Source: Marsupella aquatica (taxonomy: Eukaryota > Plantae > Marchantiophyta). From it: a DNA stretch of 64,000 bases. Below the pieces are notes generated by a model that saw only the letters and a list, made by a program, of their open reading frames with translations, ran no database searches and was not told where the DNA came from. Made by a program: the position numbers and the translations under genes. The stretch's first letter is position 1, and the number at the start of each line of letters is the position of its first letter. Below, piece by piece: positions 23,882 to 37,761 of this stretch. The stretch is from the NCBI GenBank assembly GCA_973895155.1, contig OZ316898.1:5939079-6003078 (forward strand), read 5' to 3'.

Positions 23882-26800
23882 TCTCGATTTTACTGTCTGC
23901 CCTAGAGTCTGCCAATAAAAAACGTATCAACTCACGATCCAGCTACCATAAAGCCGTCCAACAAACATTCGAGCTTGATGCCCCTGACTGCCATTGAGCA
24001 ACAGCGAGGGCAGTATAAACGTCCAGAACTGAGATCTCAAAGAGCTAAACCGCAAAGAGGAGTCTCAAATTGAGCTCATAGAATCAGCCCCGAAATACAA
24101 ATGCGACCGGTATCTGAACAAGCAGATGTACAGAGAAAAAGACAATCCATTCCGAATTTCAGGAGCGAGAAGGAAACTCCCAAGGGAAATCGTCATCATG
24201 ACTGTGTCGCATAGATTTCATGGAAAGATTAATCCGAAAGAGAACAAACAGCCAGGTATTGTGTGTACGTATGAATCGGCGTGAAGGTGAACTCTTCTTC
24301 TATGCCGCCTGCATTAGTCTGATTGCTTTACTTCGGCAAGAGAAGACTAGGGGCATTCTCTCAATTCCCACCAGCACGAGACAGGACACGAAGGTTCATC
24401 CACAACCCAACTCCGCCTCCCCCTCCCCCTTTTCTCTGGACGCTAAACCCTTCGGGTTGACAAGGTGCCCTAAAGGCAACACAAGCAAGGCGAGACTTAC
24501 AACACGCACAACAACTCTTGGAGCCAGAGATGGGAGTAGGACGGACTGAACCCATCACAGACCAAGGCGATTCAAGAGCAACATCAGTATTTTGCAGTCA
24601 GTAACTACCGGCTTTGTTAACTAACAACAAGAAAACCATATCGGAAGAGAAAGTTTCTGACCAGCTACTTGGAAAGGACCACGAAATTGCTAATTGAAAA
24701 GCAAGCTAAAGAGTACAGTAGTACCTGAAATGATGAATCAGATCAACGCAAACGCCAGAGACTGCACACTTCTGCACAACAGTGACAGACAATGGTTCAA
24801 TGGTGAGTCGGATAAAATGCGGCTCTCTTACTCGTCGTTCGCCCAAAATCAGTCGAGCAATCCCCACCCAAACGAGCTGTGCCTGCGCCTGGCAATTGCA
24901 GAACTTTCCGCCGTGAAGCGAGTGAAATCCTGAGACCGTGAGATCCCAAATTCTGAGAGCTCGCTGATCATGACCAACCAGTCTTCTGTCCTCTCTACTT
25001 ATGTTGTAGCCAACAAGAACCCCGCGAAAGCCAGATTGCCGACATTGTTTGACGCCTGTGACACGGTCAACCAGAGGTTTCTTAGAAGCTTCTTCGAATT
25101 GATTTTGCTCGACTGTCTCCTGTGCAGAAGGAGCGTCAATGGCGGCGGCTTTTCCGCCATTGAACTCCGGGCAAAGGACTGATTTTTCGCCCCGGTGTCA
25201 AATGTTACCTTTTGTGAAACACGGATGATGCTACGAGTACTCTTCATATAATTTTGCTAGATATTAATATCTGACGGTTGGATTTCCCTACATTTAAGGA
25301 GGAGCGTTAGATCTGGCTTATTGGGTTGTGGCTAGGTGTGAAATGGGCCGATGGAACGAAAATGTTTTTTGACTAAAGTGGCCAGCTGTGAAATGGGCTC
25401 ATGGAACACCAAAATCCTAGTAATGTATTTTACTGAAGTGGTTAGGACTTTTCAGTGAGCTGGAATCTATTGTAGCTAGTTTTTGAGACTGAAGAAAGGC
25501 TGGTCCAAAGGTGAATCTATCTGTGCACTGCGCACCAATCATGAATTGTTGGCTTAGATTAATTTCTGATAGTTGGATCTCCTTAGGTTTAAGGATAACC
25601 ATCAGATTTTGGCTTACGGAGTCTATGGCTCCATGGGAAAACTGGCTCATGGAGGACAGAAAACCTAGCAAATGTTTTGCCTGAAGTGGCAGCAACTTTT
25701 CAATGAAATGGAATCTAGTGAAATTTTGCCACTCAGAAAATGCTGGTCCTCGTCAGATGCAGAAAGGTGAACCTACCTGGTTATTCGGTTTGGTTACTGA
25801 GCTGGAAAATACCATGAGGAGTAAATACCTACACCAGGAAGTACCTACACCAGGAAATACGTACACACCACCCTTTTCAAGCCTTTTCAAGGTAACTAGA
25901 GCTAGAGAGTAAATACCCAAACCAGAAAATACCCAAAGAATATATATTTTCTTAGTTAAGTAACGCAAAGAGGAAATACCGGACTAGTAAGTACCCAGCC
26001 AACTTGACCCAGAAAGATGAATGTATATAGAGAGGAGAATGGTGTGTTATATATAATTATTAAAATGATGACATGCATGATAATTTTTTATCATTTCATT
26101 AACATTCAAAGAATATGAATAATACGATAATATGAATAGTACGGTAATATGAATAGTCTTTTCTGGGTTACCGTACCCATCCCCATTCACAGGATAAATA
26201 TATCTTGTTTAAAAATGCGTCAACTACAAGCTAGACTTGGGGGTTAGGTTTCTAGAGTGAAATGTCTCGACTGTAACTCCATGGTCCACCATGTGAATGA
26301 AAAAACTTATGACTATGATGTATGTCAAGTGATAATTATCATACATGCTTCTTTTTATTATGATTTCTATTTACATTAAAAAAATGTATTCTATGGCCCC
26401 ATCATAACATATGTGCAAAGAAAGATGAATGTATATAGAGAAGAGAATGGTGTGTTATATATGATTATTAAAATGATGACATGCATGATAATTTTTTATC
26501 ATTTCATTAACATTCAAAGAATATGAATAGTAAATATACTTTGGTGACAATTTTATTGTACTCTTTGTTATTCACGTTCAAAGAACAGGTAATTGGGGTT
26601 AGTAATTAATAAAACTTTGGGCTGAAGCAACATGAATCAACAAACACCTAGAAGTTGTACATTGCTATGAAACTAGTGTTATTTATTTTGAATTTCACAG
26701 ATTTGATCAGCAATCACTTCCACAACATCGAACGGCCCCCATTCCAGTTGTGTGGCTCTGGTGAGAGTTCGGCAGGGGTCCAAAGTCAAACCAGGCCAGA

Positions 26801-27160
26801 GTGAGTCCACAACAGATCTAGACTGTTGGTGATGCGTACAATGGCATGATGTGAGATGTCAATGCTCTGGAAGTTAACCTGAGTGGCTCCCTCAGTGCCA
26901 TGTTAGTCAATATTTTAGAAGCAACGGCATATTTTAAAATAATGCCAGTTCCTATGGCAATTTAGAAAGTCTCATTTTACAAAAACAAAGCCCCAGCCCA
27001 CTTGTTTATGAAAATTAAAGGAGAGGAAGTCATGTCAGTACAAGACAAGACACCACTAGACCAAAGCAGACCATAGGGCACCAAATTGCAGCAGAGGGAA
27101 AGACCAACACCTCCACCCCCTCACACACAACAAAATAGAAAGACAATTAGTTCGTGGACC
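22450..27160 (-). repeat. Inverted segmental duplication arm; partner ~58300-62700
   Basis: Reverse-complement similarity followed by eye through the exons and introns of genes A/D (high identity) and through about 2 kb of upstream DNA (much lower identity, with indels). Confidence 0.85.
26011..26529. repeat. ~115-bp direct repeat (26011-26120 and ~26419-26529)
   Basis: AGAAAGATGAATGTATATAGAG...TTAACATTCAAAGAATATGAATA appears twice, nearly identical. Confidence 0.85.
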
Positions 27161-28480
27161 TCTATCTGTTTTGATTGTATGTGAGGTATGTGTTGGACAA
27201 TATATGTGAAATAGATAAATGTGTTATAAAATGTGTAACAATGAACATATCTTTATTGAGACTACATGGTGGATCGAATCTGGAGACTAGGCCAGCTGAA
27301 ACTAGTGACCGAGCTGAATATATGAGCAAACCTCAACTAGTTCTGAAGCTGCAACGTGGTGCTCTGAGCTTGTGGCAATCCCAATCGCTTGGGAGTTCAG
27401 CTCTGGAGCCAGCAAAGGTATTTCAATTAGTAATCATGAGCACATTTGAAGATCTAATTGCAGGTTGGAATGGAAATGGAGCTTACCCGAGGACGTAAAA
27501 TATAGCTCTCGTTTGGATCATGTAGAACACCTTTGAACAAAGACCGGACAAACTGCAGTTCAACAATTTCCTTGCCATAATAGTTTTTCGACTCATCCAA
27601 AGCCAGCTATTTCAACAATGGATTTTAGAAAGTAATGCAACACACTTCTCCACGGTATTGCTTAGAGTGAGTAAACCTATGTATCAAGCTTAGGGCCATC
27701 TACATTAATTCTCGCTTGTCTCAAGCAATTGCTGTCTGGTAGGTAGCGGTGGTGGCCAGAGTTGGTTCGCAATTACCTTGTACGCATCTAGTGCGAGGCA
27801 CTTTGGAACCCACGATGCCATCACAATTTAAACCATAGAATTGTCTAGGTTATCACTTTATCTCAATATATATGGTCAGTTCGCAAAACTTTGTTCACTG
27901 GAAGTCTAGTGTTTAGCATAGTTGTCAAGGTTTGGTCACGACAGATTCACGACGGAGACTTTCTAGTAGTCACAGCAGCTTTGACTACTGGGAACTGTAC
28001 CGTGGTACTCTGCCACCAGGACACCGACGCTACCACAGAATGGGTATTTGTTGTACGCCTAGAAGGATTCAATTTTTTTCAAGCAATGGTGGGCAGAGTT
28101 GATTGAGAGGCATTTCATTTTGCGCTGAGGGGATTTCAAGTCCTCAAGAATAATTCTTATCTGAGTAGCTAGATTGCACGATTGATCATACTTCCGGATG
28201 AATGGAGCCTATGTAAGGGGAGGATCGCAGCATGGCCATTTGAAATTGTGTCATCTCGGAGCCTTCCTGTACTTGTCTGATCTTGGGCACGGTGAAGACT
28301 AGGATGCCCTTTTATTAATTTTTTAGATAGCCATACTCTTGCATCTCTCAACAGAGCTCGCTGCCAAAAAACTCATGAGTGTATCATCGATAAATTTCTA
28401 GCCGAGCTGCAAATTGTTACCCTTGAATTGTTTCTTTACCAGAAGTCCAGGAGAGACTCAAAGCATAAAGCCGGGTCAGC

Positions 28481-28483
<3 letters not shown>

Positions 28484-28534
<51 letters not shown>
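28484..28534. repeat. (GA)25 microsatellite
   Basis: Perfect GA run. Confidence 0.95.
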
Positions 28535-28540
<6 letters not shown>

Positions 28541-31500
28541 GCGGCAGGCAAAGCAAGGAAGATTCTAACTAGAGCGTTTAATAGTCTTAGCGCACTCCCT
28601 GTTCTCCCACTCGGCTGTGAAAGTGGAGTGGTTGAAGTATTTGCTTTAGCAGTGACTTAGTCCCGTGAACTTGGTGACCATTGGGTCTGTCTTGTCACTT
28701 TGAGATTGAAACACATTGTTGGTCTCCTCGGACACTCATTTTGTCATTTCATCGATTATTGTTGTTCGAGACTTTGGTGATTCATGACTTGATTGGACCC
28801 CTTCACATTCAATTCTTCCGTTTATTCAATCATTCTTTCCACCTGTTGCGGATTTCGGGTATAAATTGCGGATCACACAGTCCGGTTGGAATCCTTGGAG
28901 ATCAATTGCTCTCATCCTTTCACCAACCTTCGCAATCACATCCTGGCTAGTTTTGGTGTTTCCCTCCCCTCCTCTCTTTCGTTCAATCCAAAGTCGTCTC
29001 TCTATCATTAGTTGCCTCGCTTCTCATGCATCGTTGTGGAGCAAGAGTACTCAACCTCTTCATGGTCAAGTCAATGCCTCCGTCTTAGGTGAGGAGCAAT
29101 GACGTCTTCCTGAATTCCCTTACTCTCAAATTTTTTTGATTCGATATTCATTTGCAGATTGAAGCAATTTCCGAAATTCAATTCCGAGCAGCAATTTCAG
29201 AGCTCTCATTGAGGACTACAGTGATTTCCTCAAGAGAGACTATCATTTGTTAGCCATCATCGAGAATTGCTCTTCTGACTGCCTCTCGTGTGCGGATGAA
29301 CTTGACCTTCCGCTAAAGAAAGAGAAAAAGAGAGAGTCAATCTTGCTTTGCACTCTCTGCACTTGTTCGGAAGGTTAGATGAGTATTCCATTACCTCATC
29401 GCCACTTCTTCTGTCCTCGAGCATGACACGAGGAAATGAGGAAACACGAGGTTACCTTCTGCCCCTGCGGGATTCTTAACTGCCATGCTGTGTTGCTTCA
29501 TTTAATTACTTATTTATTACGGAATTGAAACCACAATTCACAAAAAAGGGTGGGCAGTTGGTTATTTGCGGTAGATAAAATTGAGTTGCGGGCCTACTCA
29601 ATGTAAATAAAACAGTTATTTTTGATTACTTTTTACATGAAGATTTACGGCATGGCGTCCCCAATTTTACCAAAATCCTGTCGCAAACACGAATGTCAAA
29701 GTCATTTTATTTTGTAAACCAAGTCGTTCCTATTTGCAGCGCATCATGATGATGTGGCGCGCTGTGGAGCCAGGAATTTTGGAAGGGACCTCTAGTGGGG
29801 TCCGTAATTAAAGACAAATGTAATCAAGCTATGAGATCTAATAGAGACACAACAAAGTGCTTCCCCCCCCCCACAGACACACACAAAAGACCTTGTTTCA
29901 AGATTAAAAAGATCGAGGGGAAGTCACCCATAGTTACCAAGGTATGTAATTAGCTTCTATGTTAGGCATTTACTCTTAGGTGTAGAGTTATTATGTAATT
30001 GTAGTGAATCTGACCTTAGTCAGGTGCTTGGGGACAGTTAGATGTGTCAGTACATCTACACTAGCAAGATTTAATTAGTGAGAGTAACCTAGGCTTATTG
30101 TTACACAACTAGTTGAGTGATAGGGAGTTAGATCCTTGTTTGTGGTTTCTTGGTATGGCTATGGCTCTTTTGTGTGACTTTTCACGTGAATGTATCATTT
30201 GGTGAGGTGAAGCACCCCATGAACCACATATCTCCTGTAGCGTTACTTGTGTATTCATTGGATGTTGCACATGCATGTGCATACTGTCTATGAGTAATGG
30301 TTGATTTCTCAACATTCTAGGCGGGGTCCTCAAATTTTATAAGTAACTTTCTTATACTGACATTATTCTTAAAAAAAAATGAAAAGTTAAGTGGAAATCT
30401 GTGAAACCCCATAGAAAGGGAGACAAGAGAAGCTAGTTGAAACATTTGCACCCAAGACCTATGAGTCTCTACTCAAGTGAGCTACCACTGAGCCATGCCT
30501 ACTTCGGGTTTCTTATGCATTCTTACAACTACTACAAGTGCTTGTGTCACACATATTAAACATGTGTAAAATGGTTTTACACACAATCCAAACCAAAATT
30601 GGAGCATGACTCTCTAGCTAGGGACTGAGATTTTATGGTTAGGAGTCACCCTTGACCATTTGAGCTGGCCACCAGGTCCCACTCAAGTGGATTATAGCAT
30701 CCAACGTAGTATAGAGGGACTCAGATGGAATCAAGAAAAGGACACTTAAGAAGTACGCTGTCTAAAGTGCACACATAGAGGAATGTGTGGCCATAGGCTC
30801 ATTCTCATGACTTTCGCAAATCAATGATTTGGAAATTGGATGATTAGAAAGCTTTCCAACTAGCCATGGTTGGTTTTCAGTTATTGAGTATTTGAGGAGA
30901 AATCTGCTCAGAATTCTAATTTCTAGTATTTGACTACAAAAAGGTTACCAACAAAATGGGCCAGGCAACAAAATATGGACTTCCTTTTCAACTGCCACAC
31001 TTTGCCTGAATCTTGGGCTTTTAAATTATGCAATTGCTCTTCTGGCTGCAGTCTAGTGCCTACTGATGGAGGCAATTCACTCCAATAGCAACTGGCCAAG
31101 GTCTTGTCCACGACCTCCTCATTTGTCCCATTTTGCAAACACCTCCATCAAAGTACCCATTACACACACACACACACTCTCTGGCTATCTTCCATCACTT
31201 TTGAATGGCCACAGAAGAGGCAAAAGAATCCTCATCCGCTCTGCTATTTTCTGTTGCCGGATGGCATTAAAACTTGAAGTTATATGGGTAGCTTCCTTAT
31301 TTTGAGTCACATCAGCAGTCTCCTGTCACATTGCAAATCATTTACAGTGCCACACATCTAAAGAATCATCTTCCACTACCCACAGGCATCAAAATCTTGG
31401 CTGCCATTTGTCTCCTTTCGCTAAACTAATGTGAAAGATGGCCAAAGCTCCTTTAAACCTCATTGTCACCTAAGGCACAGGATGGCAAAATAGCCCTTTT

Positions 31501-34500
31501 GAACCCCCCCCCCCCCCTTCCTTTTTGTAAGGATTTTTTGTAACTCATTATGGGGACCTGACGAGTGACAATGGTAGTTGAACTTGTATCCTTCTTTTCT
31601 ATATCATAATTAACTAGACCTCCGACATGGTAGTTTAATTCCTTGTGCCTCAATATCCCCTTAAATGTTGCAAATACCCTTCTTGCATTTAAATGCTACA
31701 TGGTCTACCATGGGGACGACCCATACTAACAGACTCCATTATCTGCCTCTTGAATATTAGTATGCATCTTTGCCACTTTCATAGCTACCTGAATCTGCAC
31801 CTGTGTGTACCTCCGTCGCAAGCAATCGACCAGTGTACAATTGTATGCGTCATAGAGGGGTCTACTTTCCTGCAAAAGAAATTTGAAGGGATTAATTGGC
31901 ACACTAGGAAATCTATTGTCTGCGGCTAATGTTTTTAATTCCATCACAATGACGAAGTGTACGCAATGCAACACTGTTCTCATATAATCATCGCATGTGT
32001 AAAGCCAACCAGTGAAATTTCCTCACCCTCAAGGAAATCCTTGCAGCTGAAAAAGCTTGAAACTCGCAGAACCCATTGCCACTACATGGAAGATGCACAT
32101 TTTCATGGGCGCCTGGGACCAATTTTCAATGCCGTTGCGCCCTAGTGTGAACAATCTTTGTGCGGCATAAGCGATCTGCAGCAAGTGAATGATTCTTGTG
32201 CCTCTCTCGCTATGCTGACACACCAACTTTCATCTTGTCTAAGGGGTCACGAGAAATTAAAGCCATTTTAGCCAAAACTCAATATAACATCACTTTTTGG
32301 CACATGAAAAAGAAAGGGACAGAAGAAGTTAATACTGGTGCCTCTGACTTCAAAAGTCTACACTCCAAAAGTGGTTACAGTAGTTATGCTCCCAATGCGT
32401 CACCCTATTGAAAGGCGCCAAGCACAGTTTTGCTTATTGCTTCACTACAATAGTTAGATGCTCACGAATTTGACTACTACTAGCCTGACTACTTGGACAT
32501 AATTATGCTAGGAAGGGGGAAGGGCTCCCTGTACCACTCCCCATCTATTCTTACAAGGATACTCTAAATATCCAAATTCTTGTTACTTGAGATATTAAGG
32601 TCTATGATCAATCTAGAGAGTAGGCCATGATTGAGGGGTACTTTTATCACGAATTATATTATAATGTAGATGCTCCCCTGCTCCTCCCTTCTTATTAAGC
32701 CCTACGTTTTTTTGGTTTGTAGTTGCCCTCCCCTTTTGAGTACCTTGTTTGTCCTTGCTGGACCTCTTTTAGAAGTTTTCATTGAATAGGAAAGTTGAGT
32801 AAGGACGAGATGAGACCGGATATGGCGCACCATGCATTGTGTTCCAATTGGACTGGACCCATTGTACAGGACCGGCGTGCTTTGCGCTGGCCGCCAAGAC
32901 TTCGGAGCTACGCAAACCCCAGAGGCCAGAGATTCATTCCCATCCCGAATCTTCATATTCAGTCACGGAAACCTTCGAATTTTCGGGAAACCTGCCATCA
33001 ATTTTGGCAAAGAACGGGCAGGTAATCATTGTCTTTTGGATGGGAACTCACAGAATCTTACAAGGCAAAAAGAATGGTCAGGTAATCGGTGTTGAGCTAA
33101 CCGTCCGTATATTGGCAATTCTGTCCCAGCTCCTAATTGTATCGATAGATTGTTCACCTTCTGGCCTGAGTGGCGTTTGCCTTTGTACGTTGTCTTTTGC
33201 CTTGAAAATTTCATTGCAATCTATTCATTGAAACGGCATACGCCATCTTTTTATGAGAGCAGAGTGAGTTCGCACGAGCTGCTGCTATGTTTTGCCCAGG
33301 GACTGTCTTCTCCCCTCCTTTTCGGTCTCCCTTTCATAGCTTTGGCGGCGTTTGTTGTTACGAAAAGAACGGAAAAGATCGGTGATTGATTCCGTTTCGC
33401 ATGTAGACTGTCCTAGTCTCGTCATTGCCATACTCATGATTACCAACTAACTGGGCTCCTTTTCACTCGGTCCTACTGCAGCTGACTCGAGCCAAAGTTT
33501 TCTGCGAAATTCTCAGAATTTTCAGTAAATTTGCTCTCTCTTTTCTTTGAGAATCAGAAATTAGTGCAAAAGTTAGAATCTCTGCGTACGTCACTGTCTC
33601 TTTTGTTCAAGCTGTTTCAATGTTAGCGCATTCCATGTGTCTGAGAGAGGTTGTCCCTGTCTCTAATAAATGGTGGAAAGGCAGCCAAGTGACTGTCCAG
33701 TACCGGGTCCGGTACATGATTATGTAAGAAGAACATGCAGTCATTTGTGAGAAGGAGGACCCCAGCCACATCACTTTACGGTACAAATGTCGAAAGGACA
33801 TTTCTCCCATAACTTTTCACAAAACGAGATGGTTGGGCTCTACTTTTTAAAGAAAAATGAGTTGGGGTATAGACTATTGAGCAGTCGATGGGCAGAGAAA
33901 CCACTGGCAAATAACAGCCCCAACAGCCATGCTGCCTTGAGCTCGGACCAGTTGGTCACCTCTATGATACCGGAACCTAAGTCGCCACCTATTTCGCATG
34001 TAAGGCCCGATTCCAGAGGAAACAAGCTGTTTCTTCGAAGGGAATTCTTTGTAATTGTTAGACCAAGCGCGCTTTAAACGCTTTAGACAATATCAATCGA
34101 TCGAGGGCCGTGTGTTCCTAATGCCAGGCATGAATTTAGAGCTATTGGAGACAATTTTCCTTTGGCTTTCGGAGAGCCCAGCAGTTTTTTGATTCATGCC
34201 AATCAGACGACTTGAGGACAAGAAACGATCAAATCATAAAAGAAAATTACTACGTGAAAAACCGAGCTGATAAAGAGAGAAACAAACGAGTGAACTCTAT
34301 CACAGCACAAGCTTCGTATCTGTTGAATGCGGTCGTTGTTTCTGAAACCATCTTTCGTCATTTGAATGGAGGCTTAGAGAAGTGGTCTAGCAGCATGAGA
34401 GCAACTTTATCTACTGGGCATACTGATTTGGGTTTTACTGCTATCAAACAAAATTGCGGAAATTCCCTTTACAACTACCATCTGCTCGGGTGGAAGCGGG

Positions 34501-34758
34501 TCAATATTATATCTCATCCCTGGGAACTTCTCATTGGTAAGATGATAAGCTGCATGTATTTCCATAAATCTGGACAGTTTTCAGTAAGAAGGTAGAGAAA
34601 TCGAGAAAATTTCTTGCAGACTGAAGTATCTCCTCTTGGATTTCCCGCTTTCTAATGAAGATGGTATAGGTCGTCGTGCAGTTAAGCTATCAATCACGGA
34701 AGTAGGCCACAAAATTTCTACACAATTATAGACTGAAAGGTTTCTGGGAAGTCTCTGG

Positions 34759-35458
34759 TTATACTCCCTCCGTCGTCTGTAAAAGTTCGAGAGGATCGAA
34801 GGGTTGAGCACAAATAACATGAATATTGGCACAGCGGCCATTATACCAGTTTAGGGTTCCGCGTATAATTAATCAGATCAGCACTTTGGAACTCTGATCT
34901 GTTTCAATTCGTTGTGCCCTGCAGAGCGTTGTGCCCTGCAGAGCGATTATAATTTACCGGGCAGACTTACTGTGCAAATGACGCAAAGAAACCACAAAAC
35001 TTGTCCGTAGCTTTATTTCCATATCAATCCTTCAATGTGAAATGTGGGGTCTTTGAACATGACACCCTGATGCAATCTAATAATAAATCAGCAAAGTGCC
35101 ATTTGCCACCAGTGTAGTGTGCTGCTTGAGGTAACTAATGACTATAACCTCCTCTACAGCTTCCTTTATCTTCCATGTTCCATATGTGCTCGATCGATCA
35201 CCTCTCAAGCCCTTCATGCGACAATGCATGTTTGTCAAGCTCGATCGTATTGGATAGATGTCGTAGGAGAGAAGGGCGAACCTGCTGCTCTTTCTCTCCC
35301 TCCACCTCCATTACCGACTTGAACCGGTTAACAGCTACGAGAGTAGTGGTGGCAACACGGAACTTCCTCAATAGTGCCTCAATTCGTGCGCTCTTGCGAG
35401 TGACGTCTACCGGAGGGTCCTCCTTCAGAATCTCGAGCGGAGGACTCTTGAAATGCAT
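34759..35458 (-). CDS. Unknown-family paralog C: short (~64 aa) product that is essentially only the CaM-binding-like module; 3' structure uncertain
   Basis: Exon 35458-35282 gives MHFKSPPLEILKEDPPVDVTRKSARIEALLRKFRVATTTLVAVNRFKSVMEVEGEKEQQ and ends at the same phase-0 CAG|GT as A/D. The next good acceptor (TTTTACAG, 34777) adds TTEGV then a stop. I found no downstream exon for the helical domain. Confidence 0.55.
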
Positions 35459-37669
35459 GGCTGGAGCTGACAAATTCAACTTCTAGATTCCAAAAGAGCG
35501 CTGAGCGAGCGAGTGTTTGGCAAATTAACGTCGTCTTTCTTGCGTATCTGTCTGAAGGGACCTTTTGTGGAATTGAAATGAGAAACGAAGTGCTGACTGA
35601 AGAACTTCCCCCGGCGCAGGATGATGAGGCCACCAACAGAAGAAGACCAGTCAAGCAATCACATTCTTGAAACAGAAGGCTTTGCTAAATCCTCAAGACA
35701 GAAACTGCTGTTCGACCTTTCTCAAACTCAAATATTTATGTGAGGCAGCATATATTTTACTGGGGAATAATTTTGGAGAAAGATTGGCCTTCAAGCAACA
35801 AGATGTCCGTGATCTAGAAGGGCTCCTAATGAAACGGACAGAGTACTAACCGGCGTTAGATTCTTACCGGCCTGTGGGCATTGTGATTTGGTAATCGGTC
35901 ATTGTAAAATAGCAGTTCTCCAATTGAAAGTGGTGTTTGACCAATGGGGGTTTATGAAGTCTTTAATGCCTGGACCAAGTCAGCTCTTCCACAATTCTTT
36001 CTGAGCTGGCGCTCGTAGGCTGCCTGAGTGCCTGTCCACTATGCAGTCGGACTATGTGACGTACTTCATCTTCAGTCCTGAATTACTCAGATTACTAAAG
36101 TAGTTGAGGGTGTTTTGTTACTCTGTTTAGATAGGAGGGCCTACACAGCTGCCCAAGTCCCAGTAAAGGTGTTTTAGAATCTCGAAGGATCTGCAGTACA
36201 GTACTTCATTGGTACACGAGCTCTAGGTAGATGCACAGGGTGAGCGGTAGAGTTAGTTAAGCCATAAAATAGAGTAACAGCAACGCGCCCGTCCTTAACT
36301 CACTAAAAATCAGCTTGCGTCCACCAAGGGGAATGCTTTTTCTGGAAAGCAAACCAGCATATTTCTCTGTGTGCTGTTCTTGACACAGCTTGAGGTGGGG
36401 AAAGCTAGAACTGTTCATTAATTTCGATGATAGAGAATAGATCTGTCCGTACTCTAGGCCCACCCTAATGGCAAATTGTATGTCAACACCTTAGCATCAA
36501 CTGGAGAACTACCTTTTGAAAGAGGCTGAATCAATGGAATTTTGTGAGTCAAACGACTGAGCAGACGAGGTCTACAAGTAGTTGTTTTTAAATTGACAGA
36601 AATTGTTCGAGAATGTAGGTAACGTAAGAATTGATTTTTGAATCTGAACCTCCAAGGAACAGGCACAGAGATGGCTGTGTGCAAATTGCTTCAAGGATGA
36701 AGCAAAGATGTTGAGATGCGAATGTGAACTTGAGGGAGTGTTGACAGCATATGAACTCTACATCGACAGCAACGAGGACCCAACTTCTCCAATTTCAAAT
36801 GCAACCTCTCCAGATTTCAGGTAAGCTTTCCACCATCCTACTTGACAATTTCAGTCTCCTGACTCCTGTGCGGCCAGCTTCAATCCCGATTCTTCTCACT
36901 CGTGAATGCACACTACTACACTACACCCTACTCCTTGCCGGATCCTCCTCTCAGCAAAGTCTCTTGCAGCGTCAGAAATCTTTGTCCCGTTCAAGACTCT
37001 TGGACTCTGAGGCTGCTTGGAGTTTCAACCTCTAACCGAACCTAGACTACTTCACGTCGGGTTTAAACCTTAACTCAACCTGAACCCAAGTTAAAAGTAC
37101 CTATGGTTACAACGGTTTTTACTCGTGCTTTCCACATACTAATGAGGGAGGGAAGTGCTCATCTGCCCTTCATGATGGGACATCACCAGAAGCAGTATTT
37201 TCCTTTGTATTTTGGGCTGGTGACACTTATTGCCGATTAGCAAAAATTGTATACTGGACTTGTGTGGTCCTATAATCAGATCGTCACATTTATGTACAGT
37301 TGGCTTTAGGCAAATAAGTCACTAAAACCTTTTAGAAGAGGTTAGAGTACGATGGCTGCCCAGAGGTGCCACTTGGATCTTGTGGTAGATTGGATGCATA
37401 GCAGATTAGGGTGCTTTACAAGAACTTGGGGGCAGCAAGTCCTTTTTCTCTGTGTAAGATCCACTCCCAGCCATCCATATTTGAGAACGGCCACATTTCA
37501 CTTTACATGAACTCAGGGGAACAATCAGGCAAAACCATTACAGAACCTAGTCATATGTCAGTGCATTTATTGATGTGTACATGTTTTTTTTGTCAAAAAT
37601 AGGGACCTTGTCTTGAGGTGGTCTAAAACATTGGAGCAAATGGTTGTTTCTTTTCAGGAATTGCATTTA

Positions 37670-37761
37670 TTACTTCCAGGCCTAACACATCTTGGCCATT
37701 TATTATTTCCAAACCTAACACATCTTGGCCATTTATTATTTCCAAACCTAACACATCTTGG
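37670..37761. repeat. 30-bp tandem repeat, ~3 copies
   Basis: CCTAACACATCTTGGCCATTTATTATTTCCAAA-type unit repeated. Confidence 0.8.

Noticed and set aside
29819-30105. TGTAA...TTACA segment as a solo LTR
   Set aside because: No matching TSD and no second copy in the window
30440-30670. tRNA-like box A sequences on the minus strand (TGGCTCAGTGG)
   Set aside because: No intact cloverleaf or box B; at most degenerate SINE heads, not tRNA genes
34762-34776. TACTCCCTCCGTC, a Stowaway-like TIR
   Set aside because: No partner TIR nearby; it coincides with the putative last exon of gene C
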